Assembly: GCA_016213365.1 (NCBI GenBank)
Contig: JACRAP010000023.1
Coordinates: 15,871-79,870 of the forward strand
Source: Candidatus Berkelbacteria bacterium
GTDB taxonomy: Bacteria; Patescibacteriota; UBA1384; 2-12-FULL-50-11
Direction of reading: 5' to 3'
Length of the DNA stretch: 64,000 nt
Position 1 is the stretch's first letter. Each line of letters opens with the position of its first letter. The position numbers and the translations under genes were made by a program. Positions 48,519-58,467 of the stretch are shown piece after piece. A model generated the notes under the pieces. That model was not told where the DNA came from, did no database searches, and saw only the letters and a list, made by a program, of their open reading frames with translations.

Positions 48519-50207
48519 CTACCTTAACTTATAATAATTTGCCATCCAGTTTGCGATTCTTTCAAAAGTTGGGGCAACGAAAGCGCTGGCAAATTGCGCG
48601 GTTTTTGGGCTATCGATCCGGACTACCATTACGTATTTTGGATCTTCTACCGGAAAGAAGCCAGCAAATGTTCCGATATATTTGTTTTTATAGTATCCGC
48701 CATCAGGCGACGGGATTTGAGCAGTACCAGTTTTACCAGCAACTGTTACCCCAGGCACACTAACACGCTTTTTCCCAAAATTTTCAATCACCGCTTTAAG
48801 CATCTGTTTTATTTCAGCGCTAACTTCTTTTGAAATAATTTGCTCACCAGATGTTTTACGTTCTATCACAATTTCTTTCCCGTTTTGAATCGTACTTTGT
48901 ACAATATACGGATTTACACTTATGCCTCCGTTGGCAAGCGTGCTATACATTTTTGCAAGCTGTACAACAGTCGCCGAGATTCCTTGGCCGAAGGCGGCAG
49001 TCGAGCGCAGTAAATCGTTCCATTCTTTTTCTGGCGGCAATCTACCCGATTGTTCGCCGATAATATCTATATTAGTCTTTGATCCTAAGCCAAATTTTTC
49101 AAAATACTCGCGTTCTTTTTTTGCTCCAATTAAACTACTTACCCATACCATCTGCACGTTGTCGGAGTTAACTAGCACTTCTGTCATCGTTTCGTTTCCA
49201 AATGCCTTGTCTTCTGCGTTGGTTATTTTATAACCCAAAACCTCAACCTCTGCGCCGGCGTTATGCTGTGTGTCTGATTTTACTAATTTCTCGTTTAGTG
49301 CCATCGACATTGTAATTGGCTTAATAACACTTCCTGGTTCGTAAATGTTACTAGCGGCACTAAGCAAGAATCTCGACTGCTCTTCGCCGCTTAATTTATT
49401 GTAATTGTTTGGATCAAACGTTGGTTGCGATGCCGCTGCGATGATCGCACCGGTTTTTGGGTCCATTACTAGTACCGATCCACGCTCGGCTTTAAAATCC
49501 TTAATTGTTTTTAACAATTCTTGCTCAACCACGTACTGCAAATTGTAGTCGATCGTTAATACGATATCGTTTCCGTTCACCGAGTCTCTGACTCCTAAAA
49601 TGCTAATTAATTTTCCAAAGGCGTCGTTTCTAACTGTTTCACTGCCGCTTTTACCGCTTAGCTCGTTATCGTAAATTGCCTCAACGCCGTATTTACCCTT
49701 GCCGTCTGCGCCCACAAAGCCCATTATTTGGGCCGCTATCTTATCTGCTTCTGGATACACCCTAACAACACGTGGCTGAAGGGTAACGCCTCGATAATCT
49801 TTTTCTTTAATTTTACTGGCTGTTTCGGTTGTTAAATTATCGAGAATCGCAGGCACATAAACTTTATCGTTATTAATTTTGCTATACACTTCCTCGATAT
49901 TTAATTGTGGCAAATCTTCTTTTAGTAGTTCAAGTAATTTTTTCTTATCCTTTACTGAGCGCGGAGTGATAAGTAACGAGTATTGCCACTCGCTTGCGGC
50001 TAAGGAGTAATATTTACCGTCACGATCTTTTGCTAAAATCTGCCCTCGCTGTGCCGGAGTTGCGCTAGTACTTATCGATTGTTCCTCTGCTTTTGAGGCG
50101 TAACTTTTATGATCTAAAACTTGTTTTTCAAACAGAAAAAACATATACAAACCACCGGCAAAAAAGAGCAGAGTGTAAATTGTAAATATTCTGTCAATCT
50201 TTGCCAT
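48519..50207 (-). CDS. ftsI: class B penicillin-binding protein (FtsI-like)
   Basis: EPGSVIK, SDN, KTGTAQ. Confidence 0.92.
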   Translation of the reverse strand: MAKIDRIFTIYTLLFFAGGLYMFFLFEKQVLDHKSYASKAEEQSISTSATPAQRGQILAKDRDGKYYSLAASEWQYSLLITPRSVKDKKKLLELLKEDLPQLNIEEVYSKINNDKVYVPAILDNLTTETASKIKEKDYRGVTLQPRVVRVYPEADKIAAQIMGFVGADGKGKYGVEAIYDNELSGKSGSETVRNDAFGKLISILGVRDSVNGNDIVLTIDYNLQYVVEQELLKTIKDFKAERGSVLVMDPKTGAIIAAASQPTFDPNNYNKLSGEEQSRFLLSAASNIYEPGSVIKPITMSMALNEKLVKSDTQHNAGAEVEVLGYKITNAEDKAFGNETMTEVLVNSDNVQMVWVSSLIGAKKEREYFEKFGLGSKTNIDIIGEQSGRLPPEKEWNDLLRSTAAFGQGISATVVQLAKMYSTLANGGISVNPYIVQSTIQNGKEIVIERKTSGEQIISKEVSAEIKQMLKAVIENFGKKRVSVPGVTVAGKTGTAQIPSPDGGYYKNKYIGTFAGFFPVEDPKYVMVVRIDSPKTAQFASAFVAPTFERIANWMANYYKLR

Positions 50208-50215
50208 AGGCAAGA

Positions 50216-50542
50216 TTACTCAGTAACGGTAATTGTTTCAAGCGTGTCGCCGACGCTAACTAACCCCTGTTTGGTTGCCGATTCGCTAAGACGAGTTGTG
50301 CTTTGCAGTCTTGATGCATTTAGCTCGAGCGTTTTTAATTCTTTGTTTAATTCAATTTTTTGATTCTCAATAACGTTTATTTCAATCTTTTTATCCGAGC
50401 CCTGTGCCGCTTCGATTAAATACATCAACGTAAATAAACCGATAAATAAAATTATCACGTAACGGGCAGTCGTTGGACCGATACTAAAAACGCTACCTGA
50501 TTTATAGATTCCTCTGCGATATTGATTTCTTTGAAATTGCAT
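50216..50542 (-). CDS. ftsL: FtsL-like protein
   Basis: One TM helix plus coiled coil, between rsmH and ftsI. Confidence 0.65.
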   Translation of the reverse strand: MQFQRNQYRRGIYKSGSVFSIGPTTARYVIILFIGLFTLMYLIEAAQGSDKKIEINVIENQKIELNKELKTLELNASRLQSTTRLSESATKQGLVSVGDTLETITVTE

Positions 50543-50593
50543 TAACCTCCTACTTATTTATAAGGAAATTTCTAAATTGGTTCAGAAATCTCA

Positions 50594-51430
50594 TTACAAA
50601 TTTATGCTAACGCGTAACTTTGCGCTTCTACTGCTTGGATTTACTTGAATCTCTTGCAGTGTTGGTGTAACTGGTTTTTTAGTTACCACTTTCATCTGCT
50701 CTTTCATAAAATTTTTAACGATTCGGTCTTCGATCGAGTGAAAGCTTATTACCGCTAGCACCCCGCCGACTTTCAGGCATTTTTTAATCTCTCTTAAGCC
50801 GAATTTTAAGTGATCGAGTTCGTCGTTTACTTGAATTCGAAGCCCCTGAAACAATCTGGACAACACCGCTGGTTCACTGGTGCCGATAATCTCAACGAAA
50901 TCGCCGACCGTCTTGATCGCTTTTTCTCTTCTTGATGCAGTGATTTTCGAAGCTAAGTGTTTTGCGTATCTGTCTTCGCTGTACTCGCGGAAAACTTTTT
51001 CAATCTGGCTTACGCTTGCTTGATTTAAAAACTGCCAAGCCGATTGCCCGCCATTTGCGTCGTAGCGTAAATCGAGTAGCTCATCGGTTTTTGTGTGGCT
51101 AAACCCTCGCCCTGATGAGTAAAGCTGATCGGTAGAAAATCCAAGGTCTAAAATCGCTCCGTCGAACTGTTTCTCAAGATCTTCAACTTCTAGATAGCTA
51201 AGCGGGAAGAAATGAAAGTTTTTTGACTTTAAGGTTTTGGCAAAGCGAATTGCGGTCGGATCACGATCGAGCGCGTACAAGTGACCCTTCGGACCAAGCC
51301 GTTCCAAAATCGCTCTACTATGTCCGCCACCACCGAAAGTTCCATCTAGATAATTTCCGTCTTTTTTAATTTCAAGGAAATTAATTATTTCGGAAACTAA
51401 TATGCTCTTATGTTTTGACAATTCTTCCAT
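50594..51430 (-). CDS. rsmH: 16S rRNA m4C1402 methyltransferase
   Basis: DGTFGGGGHS, DLGFS, ISFHSIEDR, NPSSRSAKLR. Confidence 0.97.
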   Translation of the reverse strand: MEELSKHKSILVSEIINFLEIKKDGNYLDGTFGGGGHSRAILERLGPKGHLYALDRDPTAIRFAKTLKSKNFHFFPLSYLEVEDLEKQFDGAILDLGFSTDQLYSSGRGFSHTKTDELLDLRYDANGGQSAWQFLNQASVSQIEKVFREYSEDRYAKHLASKITASRREKAIKTVGDFVEIIGTSEPAVLSRLFQGLRIQVNDELDHLKFGLREIKKCLKVGGVLAVISFHSIEDRIVKNFMKEQMKVVTKKPVTPTLQEIQVNPSSRSAKLRVSINL

Positions 51431-51489
51431 AGTTTTATCTTCTTGATGATTTTATGCTTTATTTAAGCTGTTTATGTACAAATATGTTG

Positions 51490-51680
51490 GCCAAACGGCA
51501 GGGGGACTTCAAGTGCGGCTGGCTGCCGGGCGTGGAGTCCTCGCAAATTACTAAGCTTAGACAAATCCCAACAGCTCCATCCCTTATTCAGGGCACTGCA
51601 CCTACTCCATGAAATAAAATTTCAATAACCAGATGTCAGAAACCCGCATAGAGGTTCCCCCACCGCTGGTACCAAAAGTG
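51490..51680 (-). ncRNA. candidate structured RNA in the mraZ-rsmH spacer
   Basis: GC-rich stems inside a 368-nt gap in an otherwise tightly packed operon. Confidence 0.3.
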
Positions 51681-51798
51681 TTGGAATACTGGGGCGCAAG
51701 CGCCAAAGTATTAATTTTCGTATTCGCGAAATACTGCGTTACTGCGCTGACACTGCGAAATACAAAATTTAGTGCTCTAAAAATTAAAGCGACTATCA

Positions 51799-52230
51799 TT
51801 ATATTCCCCACTCTCCTAAACCTTCGGCGTTCTTTTCGGAATTCTCTTCGGCGGCTTTACTATATTTCTCCCACGCTTGCGGCTCCCAAATTTCAACCCT
51901 GTTAAATACGCCGGCAACAACCGACTCGTTTTTGATTCCTGCATATTCTCGTAAATAAGAAGGTAATAAGGCGCGTCCTTGTTTATCGATCTCTACTTCC
52001 ATCGCACCGCTAAGCATCATTCGGGCAAAAGCACGAGCGTTCGGATTGGTGATTGGTAGTGATGCGAGTTTATTTGCCATTACTTCCCATTCGCCTTTAG
52101 GGTACAAGAACAGGCACGAGTCTAGTCCTCGTGTAACAATCGCCGACGATCCCAAGTCGCTGCGAAACTTCACCGGTACCGACATTCGGCCTTTGGCGTC
52201 TAAGCTGTGTTTGTACTCTCCTAGAAACAT
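51799..52230 (-). CDS. mraZ: transcriptional regulator MraZ
   Basis: MFLGEYKHSLDAKGR, DKQGR, RVEIW. Confidence 0.98.
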   Translation of the reverse strand: MFLGEYKHSLDAKGRMSVPVKFRSDLGSSAIVTRGLDSCLFLYPKGEWEVMANKLASLPITNPNARAFARMMLSGAMEVEIDKQGRALLPSYLREYAGIKNESVVAGVFNRVEIWEPQAWEKYSKAAEENSEKNAEGLGEWGI

Positions 52231-52318
52231 CGATTTTTGTTGTTGTTTTTGTTTGTTTATATATTGCGTCGATCATTGGTTGGCTTCCCCTCGGAGCCGT
52301 GCTAGCAGTGAAGTTTTT

Positions 52319-52364
52319 CCACAAGGTTTTCCACTTTTCCCCACTTTTTTCCACTTCTCTCCAC
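52319..52364 (-). promoter_or_regulatory. MraZ operator repeats
   Basis: GTGG boxes (CCAC on plus) at 52331, 52341, 52351 and 52361 with exact 10-nt period, plus one at 52319. Confidence 0.85.
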
Positions 52365-52375
52365 TTGCTGGAATT

Positions 52376-52404
52376 ACAATATGTTCATTTAAGATGCTTG
52401 TCAA
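52376..52404 (-). promoter_or_regulatory. dcw/mraZ promoter
   Basis: TTGACA-17 nt-TATTGT directly upstream of the GTGG boxes. Confidence 0.7.
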
Positions 52405-52480
52405 GTACTTTATTTTTAGGTGTATAATTAACCCACGTTTCTCAGCGTTGAGGGGCGAATTTACTCAAAGGAGAGTAAGA

Positions 52481-52678
52481 ATGGAAGGGAACTTGTCGGA
52501 ACGGCAGCAAATACTTGCGCTCAAAAGGGCCGATCAGAAGCTCGATGATGCGCTTAGACAGATGGCTGTGCGTGCCATCCGAAACTTGCCCCCAGAACAC
52601 AGGCTAAAGGAAGCGAATTTCTGGGATACGTTTCATCCGGTAACGGACTGTGGGACAACTGGTCAAGGACGACATTAA
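52481..52678 (+). CDS. small hypothetical protein (65 aa)
   Basis: AGGAG RBS, ATG at 52481, TATAAT upstream, hairpin GCGGCCCC/GGGGCCGC downstream. Confidence 0.55.
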   Translation: MEGNLSERQQILALKRADQKLDDALRQMAVRAIRNLPPEHRLKEANFWDTFHPVTDCGTTGQGRH

Positions 52679-52728
52679 ACCGCGGCCCCGATAAGGGGCC
52701 GCTGAATTAATAGTGTATATTTGATTTA

Positions 52729-53058
52729 ATGGATAAATTATCAAGTGGTAAATGCGTTCCGTGTGAGGGCGGAGTTCCGCCGATCGAAGGCGAGCGACTA
52801 ACCGAGTTAAAAAATCAGCTCGACCAAGAAGCGCCCGGTTGGGAGTTATCCGATCCAAAACATTTACAAAAGACCTATAAATTCGCCGATTTTAAAACGG
52901 CGCTGGAGTTTGTTAATAAAATAGGCGAAATTGCCGAGCAAGAAGGACATCATCCAAATATTGAATTCGGTTGGGGGTTTGTGAGAGTTTTGCTTTGGAC
53001 GCACGCAATCAACGGCTTAAGTGACAACGACTTTATTTTAGCTGCTAAGTTAGAGTAA
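52729..53058 (+). CDS. pterin-4-alpha-carbinolamine dehydratase
   Basis: CVPCEGG, EGHHP, WTHAINGLSDNDFILAAK. Confidence 0.95.
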   Translation: MDKLSSGKCVPCEGGVPPIEGERLTELKNQLDQEAPGWELSDPKHLQKTYKFADFKTALEFVNKIGEIAEQEGHHPNIEFGWGFVRVLLWTHAINGLSDNDFILAAKLE

Positions 53059-54361
53059 CTCTTTTTTGCTCCATACTGTCACGATCGCGTGCGGTGACGG
53101 TGCCTTTGTGCTGGCCGTCTTCTATAGTTTCAAAATCAACGGTGTAACAGACCGGCGTACCGATCTCGTCTTGGCGGCGATACCTTCGACCGATCGAACC
53201 GGATTCGTCGTAGAAAACGTTTTTGCCATCGGCGCGTAATTTATCCACTAATTCTTTGGCAAATTTCTGAAGCGGTTCTTTTTTAATTAACGGCAGTACG
53301 GCTGCGTCGTAGGCAGCGATTCGCTGATCGACGCTTAACATTACCTCTAAATCGTTTGGATCGGCCGACTTATCGGCATTGCCGCTACGACCGTTCTTAA
53401 AGTCTTGCCAAGCGTCTAGCAGTAAGACCAGTAGCGCCCGGTCTAAACCGGCGGCTGGCTCGATTACCCATGGAATAAATTTTTCTTTTGTTGTCTCGTC
53501 GAACACCGACATATCTTTTCCGGAATGTTTTTGATGTTGCGTTAAATCAAAATCTCCCCGGTTGGCGATACCTTCAAGCTCGCCCCAACCCCACGGATAC
53601 TTGTATTCAATATCGGTTGTACCCTTAGAGTAATGCGCTAGCGCTGATTTCGGGTGCTTCACTAACTTTAAGTTCTCTTTTTTTATGCCCAAATTGATAT
53701 ACCAATTCAACCGTTCGTTTACCCAAAATTCAAACCATTTATCCGCTTCATCTGGGCGCACGAAGAACTCCATTTCCATCTGTTCGAACTCGCGAGTTCT
53801 AAACGTAAAATTCCCCGGGGTTATTTCGTTACGAAAACTTTTTCCGACTTGGGCAATGCCAAATGGAATTTTTTGCCTTGATGTTTCAAAAACTTGTTTA
53901 AAATTAATAAAAATTCCCTGACAAGTTTCTGGGCGCAAATACGCAACCGAGGCATCTTCTTCAACCGGACCGATTGAAGTTTTGAACATTAAGTTAAAAT
54001 TTTTTACTTCCCCAACTGGATTGCCATCTGGACTTTTAGTTGGATCTTCTAAATGATCGGCGCGATATCTTTTGTGTGTTACCAAATCTTCAACCAACGG
54101 ATCAGTAAAATTCTCGGTATGCCCCGCCGCCTCCCAAACTTTAGGATTTAAAATAATTGCTGAATCCAATCCCACGATATCGTCGCGCGACTGGACCATC
54201 GTTCGCCACCAGTGGGCGCGAAGTTTATTTTTCATCTCAACGCCGATAGAACCGTAATCGTAAGAATTACTTAAGCCGCCGTAAATTTCTGAAGAAGCAA
54301 AAATAACGCCGCGACGCTTCGCCCAAGCTACAAATTCCTGCATTTTATCTTGCGTAACCAT
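53045..54361 (-). CDS. glyQS: glycine--tRNA ligase (alpha2 type)
   Basis: LRPETCQG, FRNEITP, REFEQME, GSIGRRYRRQDEIGTP. Confidence 0.96.
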   Translation of the reverse strand: MVTQDKMQEFVAWAKRRGVIFASSEIYGGLSNSYDYGSIGVEMKNKLRAHWWRTMVQSRDDIVGLDSAIILNPKVWEAAGHTENFTDPLVEDLVTHKRYRADHLEDPTKSPDGNPVGEVKNFNLMFKTSIGPVEEDASVAYLRPETCQGIFINFKQVFETSRQKIPFGIAQVGKSFRNEITPGNFTFRTREFEQMEMEFFVRPDEADKWFEFWVNERLNWYINLGIKKENLKLVKHPKSALAHYSKGTTDIEYKYPWGWGELEGIANRGDFDLTQHQKHSGKDMSVFDETTKEKFIPWVIEPAAGLDRALLVLLLDAWQDFKNGRSGNADKSADPNDLEVMLSVDQRIAAYDAAVLPLIKKEPLQKFAKELVDKLRADGKNVFYDESGSIGRRYRRQDEIGTPVCYTVDFETIEDGQHKGTVTARDRDSMEQKRVTLT

Positions 54362-54396
54362 ACGCTAAGTTTAATGGAAATTAACTTAAGATGGAA

Positions 54397-55251
54397 CTAC
54401 TGATAGTAATCTAGTATTATCGCGACGTATTGATTTAAATACTGCGAAATTGTGCCAGAAGTATTTAAGCCAAAGTACATTACCGCACTTAGCAACAAGA
54501 AAATAAATAGAATAAATTTAAAGAATCCTTTGCCTTTTAAAAATAGTGCTAGTAGAAAACCTAAACCAGTTAACGCAAAACTTGCTAAAAAGCCAATCGT
54601 ATTAATTGCAAGGTATAACGAGCTGTCTAAATAATCTCGGTACAACGGAGCGGCAAGCATTATTAAAAGCATAATAATTCCCGTGGAGCCGACCACTTCG
54701 CCAATTACGCCAATTACCGATTGTTGTGGCTCGTTCTTCGGTTCATCGTAAAATTTATTTTGGTTTGGGCCGCTGGTATCTACCCCAAGCGGTGTTTTTG
54801 AGACTTGCGGATAAATTCCGGCAAGCGAATCGTGATTTGTTGGTTTAGCGTTATTAATCGGCACTTTATGTTCTTGATCTTGTTTATTTTGAGTTGGAAT
54901 TGGTTGCTCGTTTTGGACGGGAGCTTGAGTAGCGGTCTCTGTGACTGGTTGTGTAGCTTCGTTATGGACTATTGGCTGAACTAATGTTTGTGGTTGCACC
55001 GCAGACACTTGTGTTGGCGAAGGAACTTCGGTAGTAACTGGGGTAATTACTTCAACGGGCGCAGGGGGCGTACTTGGGATTTGGCTTGGTTGTTTTGAAG
55101 TCGCCTGCTCCACCTCTTCTTGAGTAATTATGAGCGGTTCTTCAGCGGTAGTTGGATCATAGTTTTGCACGGGATTATTATCGATCGGCAAATCGGTCGA
55201 CACAGCGTTAGTCGGCTCAGTAGTAGTTTGATTTGTCTGCGAATCTTCCAT
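54397..55251 (-). CDS. Pro/Gln/Thr-rich protein with three C-terminal TM helices
   Basis: Low-complexity N-terminus; AGGAGG before ATG 55251. Confidence 0.75.
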   Translation of the reverse strand: MEDSQTNQTTTEPTNAVSTDLPIDNNPVQNYDPTTAEEPLIITQEEVEQATSKQPSQIPSTPPAPVEVITPVTTEVPSPTQVSAVQPQTLVQPIVHNEATQPVTETATQAPVQNEQPIPTQNKQDQEHKVPINNAKPTNHDSLAGIYPQVSKTPLGVDTSGPNQNKFYDEPKNEPQQSVIGVIGEVVGSTGIIMLLIMLAAPLYRDYLDSSLYLAINTIGFLASFALTGLGFLLALFLKGKGFFKFILFIFLLLSAVMYFGLNTSGTISQYLNQYVAIILDYYQ

Positions 55252-55261
55252 TACCCTCCTA

Positions 55262-56356
55262 TTATTGATAGACCCTTGGCAGTATTGTGCCAAGTCTTGT
55301 TATAATCTCATGATGACGAATCCCGACGTCGCTGGCAAGTTCGGCAACTAATATTTGGGCTTCGCTGTCGTCGTTGGCTTTTTGTTTGCCGATAATTACA
55401 ACCTCGTCGCCGCGTTTACATTCAATATCGCTTAAGTCGAAAATTATATGATTCATACAAATCTGCCCTAAGACTGGGGTTTTTTTGCCGCGCACCAATA
55501 CATTCATTTTACCCTTGAAACATTGCGACAATCCATCGGCGTAACCGATATTTGCCACACCGATTGTCATATCTTTTTGGGCGATAAACAAATGACCGTA
55601 ACTTACGCCATCGCCTTTGTGAATTTTTTTAAGTTGCATTATCTGACTTTTTACTGAAAAACTCGGCTCTAAATTCGGCAATACACTGTCTACTCCGTAA
55701 AGAGCTAAGCCCAAACGGACCGCATCTAGATATCCCTGTTTAAAATGCCCAAGCGAATAACTACTGCAAAGATGCATCGGCAGTGGCTCAATTTTAGAGC
55801 TAACTTTTGAGATTAATTCTTGTAAGATTTGAAATTGTTTGGCGCTATCAACGCTACTAGACGCTTTATATAAATGCGAAAATATCGCTTCCGTTTTAAC
55901 GTGTTTATATCGATCCTGATTAAGCAAGAAATCTTCCGCTTCTTCAACGCTAAAACCAAGCCGGTTCAACCCCGTTTCAATTTTCAGTTGTACTCTAACG
56001 ACTTGATTAATCCGCTCGCCGATTCGCTCTATTTGGAGTAACTGTTCTTTGTCGTAAAGACTTATAATATAATTCGAGTCGATTGCGTCTAGAATCTCTT
56101 TATTATCTAAATAACCAAGTACTAATATATCCTTACTAGTTTGCGCGGCGACTTTGTCGGCTTCTTCGATAGTGTTAACGGCATAGGTTTTAATGCTTTC
56201 AAACGAATCGATTGTTTTTACGATTTCGGTAATCCCATGCCCGTAAGCGTCGCTTTTAACCACCGCTATAATATCAATTGATCTACCGATATTTTGCTCG
56301 ATAACTCTGATATTGCTTCGAACTGCACTTAAATTTATTTCGGCATAAGCTCTCAT
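55262..56356 (-). CDS. alr: alanine racemase
   Basis: AVVKSDAYGHG, ETGLNRLG, GYADG, GQICM. Confidence 0.95.
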   Translation of the reverse strand: MRAYAEINLSAVRSNIRVIEQNIGRSIDIIAVVKSDAYGHGITEIVKTIDSFESIKTYAVNTIEEADKVAAQTSKDILVLGYLDNKEILDAIDSNYIISLYDKEQLLQIERIGERINQVVRVQLKIETGLNRLGFSVEEAEDFLLNQDRYKHVKTEAIFSHLYKASSSVDSAKQFQILQELISKVSSKIEPLPMHLCSSYSLGHFKQGYLDAVRLGLALYGVDSVLPNLEPSFSVKSQIMQLKKIHKGDGVSYGHLFIAQKDMTIGVANIGYADGLSQCFKGKMNVLVRGKKTPVLGQICMNHIIFDLSDIECKRGDEVVIIGKQKANDDSEAQILVAELASDVGIRHHEIITRLGTILPRVYQ

Positions 56357-56357
56357 T

Positions 56358-57080
56358 TTAGATTGCGCTGTAATGTTGCCACGGCTTATTAAACCACTGG
56401 GTAATTTCACGCAGATAAACTTCTTCTACTTCTTTTGCTACTATATCAGGAATTTGCAGGCGTAAAACGTAATCAAATTTATTTTTATTTAAAACCTGGA
56501 TTACTTTAATCAAATTTTTAGAGATTTTTTTATACTGCAGTCGTTCGTGTAAACAACTATTACAAATAAATCTTCGATCGCTTAGAATTATCGCCGCGTC
56601 TTCTTGAATTTTTTTAGCGCAATTTAGGCAAGTAAAATCGGTTATCGAGATTCCAAGTTCATCGGTTAAGTTTGATAGAAAAGTCAGCCAAACGTTATTC
56701 CAGGCGTATTGTTCGTCTAAGCGTGTTAAGGCATCGAGCGTAAATTGAAAGATAGTTTGTTGGGATATATCTTCGAGGATCACTCGTTCAATTATTTTTG
56801 TAATCGCAAAGGACTTTTCAAGTAACGTGAAGCTAGAGCGAATATTATCGAAAGATTCCACTAGTTCGGCGCTGGTGATTTTTGGTAGATCGTCTTGTCT
56901 TGTAAGGATTAGTTGCGACACCATCATTGTATCCAAGTGACCGGCTAGTTTTGAGAGCGGTTTGCGGACCGCCCTTGCAACCACTCTTTTTTTACCAAAA
57001 ACAGGACTAAAAATTGTGATTATCCGATCTGTTTCACCTAAATTCTGTTTTTTTAAGATAATTGCCAGGGTTTTTTGCAT
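56358..57080 (-). CDS. recO: DNA repair protein RecO
   Basis: GETDRIITIFS..GK...ARAVRK..SKLAG; C4 zinc motif. Confidence 0.93.
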   Translation of the reverse strand: MQKTLAIILKKQNLGETDRIITIFSPVFGKKRVVARAVRKPLSKLAGHLDTMMVSQLILTRQDDLPKITSAELVESFDNIRSSFTLLEKSFAITKIIERVILEDISQQTIFQFTLDALTRLDEQYAWNNVWLTFLSNLTDELGISITDFTCLNCAKKIQEDAAIILSDRRFICNSCLHERLQYKKISKNLIKVIQVLNKNKFDYVLRLQIPDIVAKEVEEVYLREITQWFNKPWQHYSAI

Positions 57081-57122
57081 ACACAATATTCTAACCATAA
57101 ATTAATCTGCTATGCTAATAAT

Positions 57123-57704
57123 ATGAAAAAGGGTTATACAATTATCGAGCTATTAGTAGTGATTTCTATCGCTGGAATTTTAATGAGTTTGGGCGCCTAT
57201 TCCTGGAATTCGGTGGCATCAAGATCGCGCGACAATACTCGTAAAACTGATCTTGAGCGGATAAAAACTGTTTTGGAACAGTACGCTAGCGATAATAGAA
57301 GTTATCCGAAAGTAAATACAGATAGTGGTATGAAATTAGTTGCCGAGTATCAACTAAATAACAGCTGTACTGGTTCAACTGAAGATAGTAGATTGTATCC
57401 AAAATACATTGCAATAATTCCTACCGACCCAAAAAAGAAAATCGAAAATTGTTCAGACGTAACTGTTACAGACCAACATGGCTATTATTTGTATTTGAGT
57501 TCCGGCGATCCATCACAACAAGGCAACGCAACCGGTTATGCATTAATGGCTACCCTGGAAAAAGAAACTGATAGGATTTCCGACAACAACAATCCGCTGA
57601 AAAATGGGTCTAATTTGTTAAATTATTCAGTTTATAAAAATAACGAAAGTGCTTTCGATCAAAATTATATAATTTTCGGCGGATTAAATCGAAGCTCAAA
57701 TTAG
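57123..57704 (+). CDS. orphan type IV pilin / GspG-like protein
   Basis: KG|YTIIELLVV; SRDNTRKTDL; IPTDP. Confidence 0.88.
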   Translation: MKKGYTIIELLVVISIAGILMSLGAYSWNSVASRSRDNTRKTDLERIKTVLEQYASDNRSYPKVNTDSGMKLVAEYQLNNSCTGSTEDSRLYPKYIAIIPTDPKKKIENCSDVTVTDQHGYYLYLSSGDPSQQGNATGYALMATLEKETDRISDNNNPLKNGSNLLNYSVYKNNESAFDQNYIIFGGLNRSSN

Positions 57705-57907
57705 TTTTTGCCTGCTAATACAAACAGAAAAGCGCTGATTCCAACCGAGCCAAAGCCGCTCCAAAGTAGTATTGTACTTAAGTCGTAACCGGTATTTTCT
57801 ACGCTCCCGGCTTTTAAATCGCCACCGCCAATAACTGTTGTGGCGATAAGAATTACACCAAGAATAATAAATAAACTGGCGAAAATTATTTTTACTTGTC
57901 TGCTCAT
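57701..57907 (-). CDS. small two-TM membrane protein
   Basis: Two hydrophobic segments. Confidence 0.6.
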   Translation of the reverse strand: MSRQVKIIFASLFIILGVILIATTVIGGGDLKAGSVENTGYDLSTILLWSGFGSVGISAFLFVLAGKN

Positions 57908-58076
57908 TGGCTTAATAATAGCAAAAAAAGCCATCGTTGGCTTATTTCTGTTTTTATTAATAGTGCGAGAAATGCATTCTCGAACGATTTTTTGGCGCTT
58001 TGCCTTATTATAGGCGTGACCAATCCTGCGAAGCGTTAAAGATTAGTGAGAGGATGTATTTTTCGCGCATTAAGTT

Positions 58077-58326
58077 CTTTGTCTTGGCGCTGGGCTTCCG
58101 AAAGCTGGCGGATTCCCGGGAGCTGTTAGCTCCGAGTATACTCGGCTTGCGCCTCGTTACTCGTCGTCCAACCTCGCTTTATTTAATCCTTAAGTGTTTT
58201 GTCTTGGCGCCGGTCTACGACGAACGAGCGAAAGCGAGTGAGGCGCAGACAAGTGCCTAGTTTTTTTGAGTCCTTAGTCTTGGCACTGGGCTACGGCGAG
58301 CCGCAGGCGAAACGCAGAGCGGCGCC
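58077..58326 (-). repeat. three partial copies of the 5S rRNA 3' end with hairpin inserts
   Basis: GTCTTGGC(G/A)C starts at 58081, 58201 and 58277, matching the 5S end at 58347. Confidence 0.85.
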
Positions 58327-58346
58327 TGTTTTGGTTTGAGTGTTTT

Positions 58347-58467
58347 GTCTTGGCGCCGGTCTACTTTCCCGGGAGCTGTTAGCTCCGAGTATCATCGATG
58401 CTGATGGGCTTAACTGCTCTGTTCGGTATGGGAAGAGGTGTACCCCCATCGCTTTAAGCACCAAGAC
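58347..58467 (-). rRNA. rrf: 5S rRNA
   Basis: CCCATACCGAAC..AGCAGTTAAGC motif; paired termini; downstream of 23S. Confidence 0.95.

Noticed and set aside
53045-53058. Truncated glyQS pseudogene
   Set aside because: All catalytic and anticodon-binding motifs are present. Only a short terminal helix seems missing at a convergent overlap.
58077-58346. Possible CRISPR array from the GTCTTGGC repeats
   Set aside because: The repeats are 5S-derived, degenerate and irregularly spaced, and there are no cas genes.
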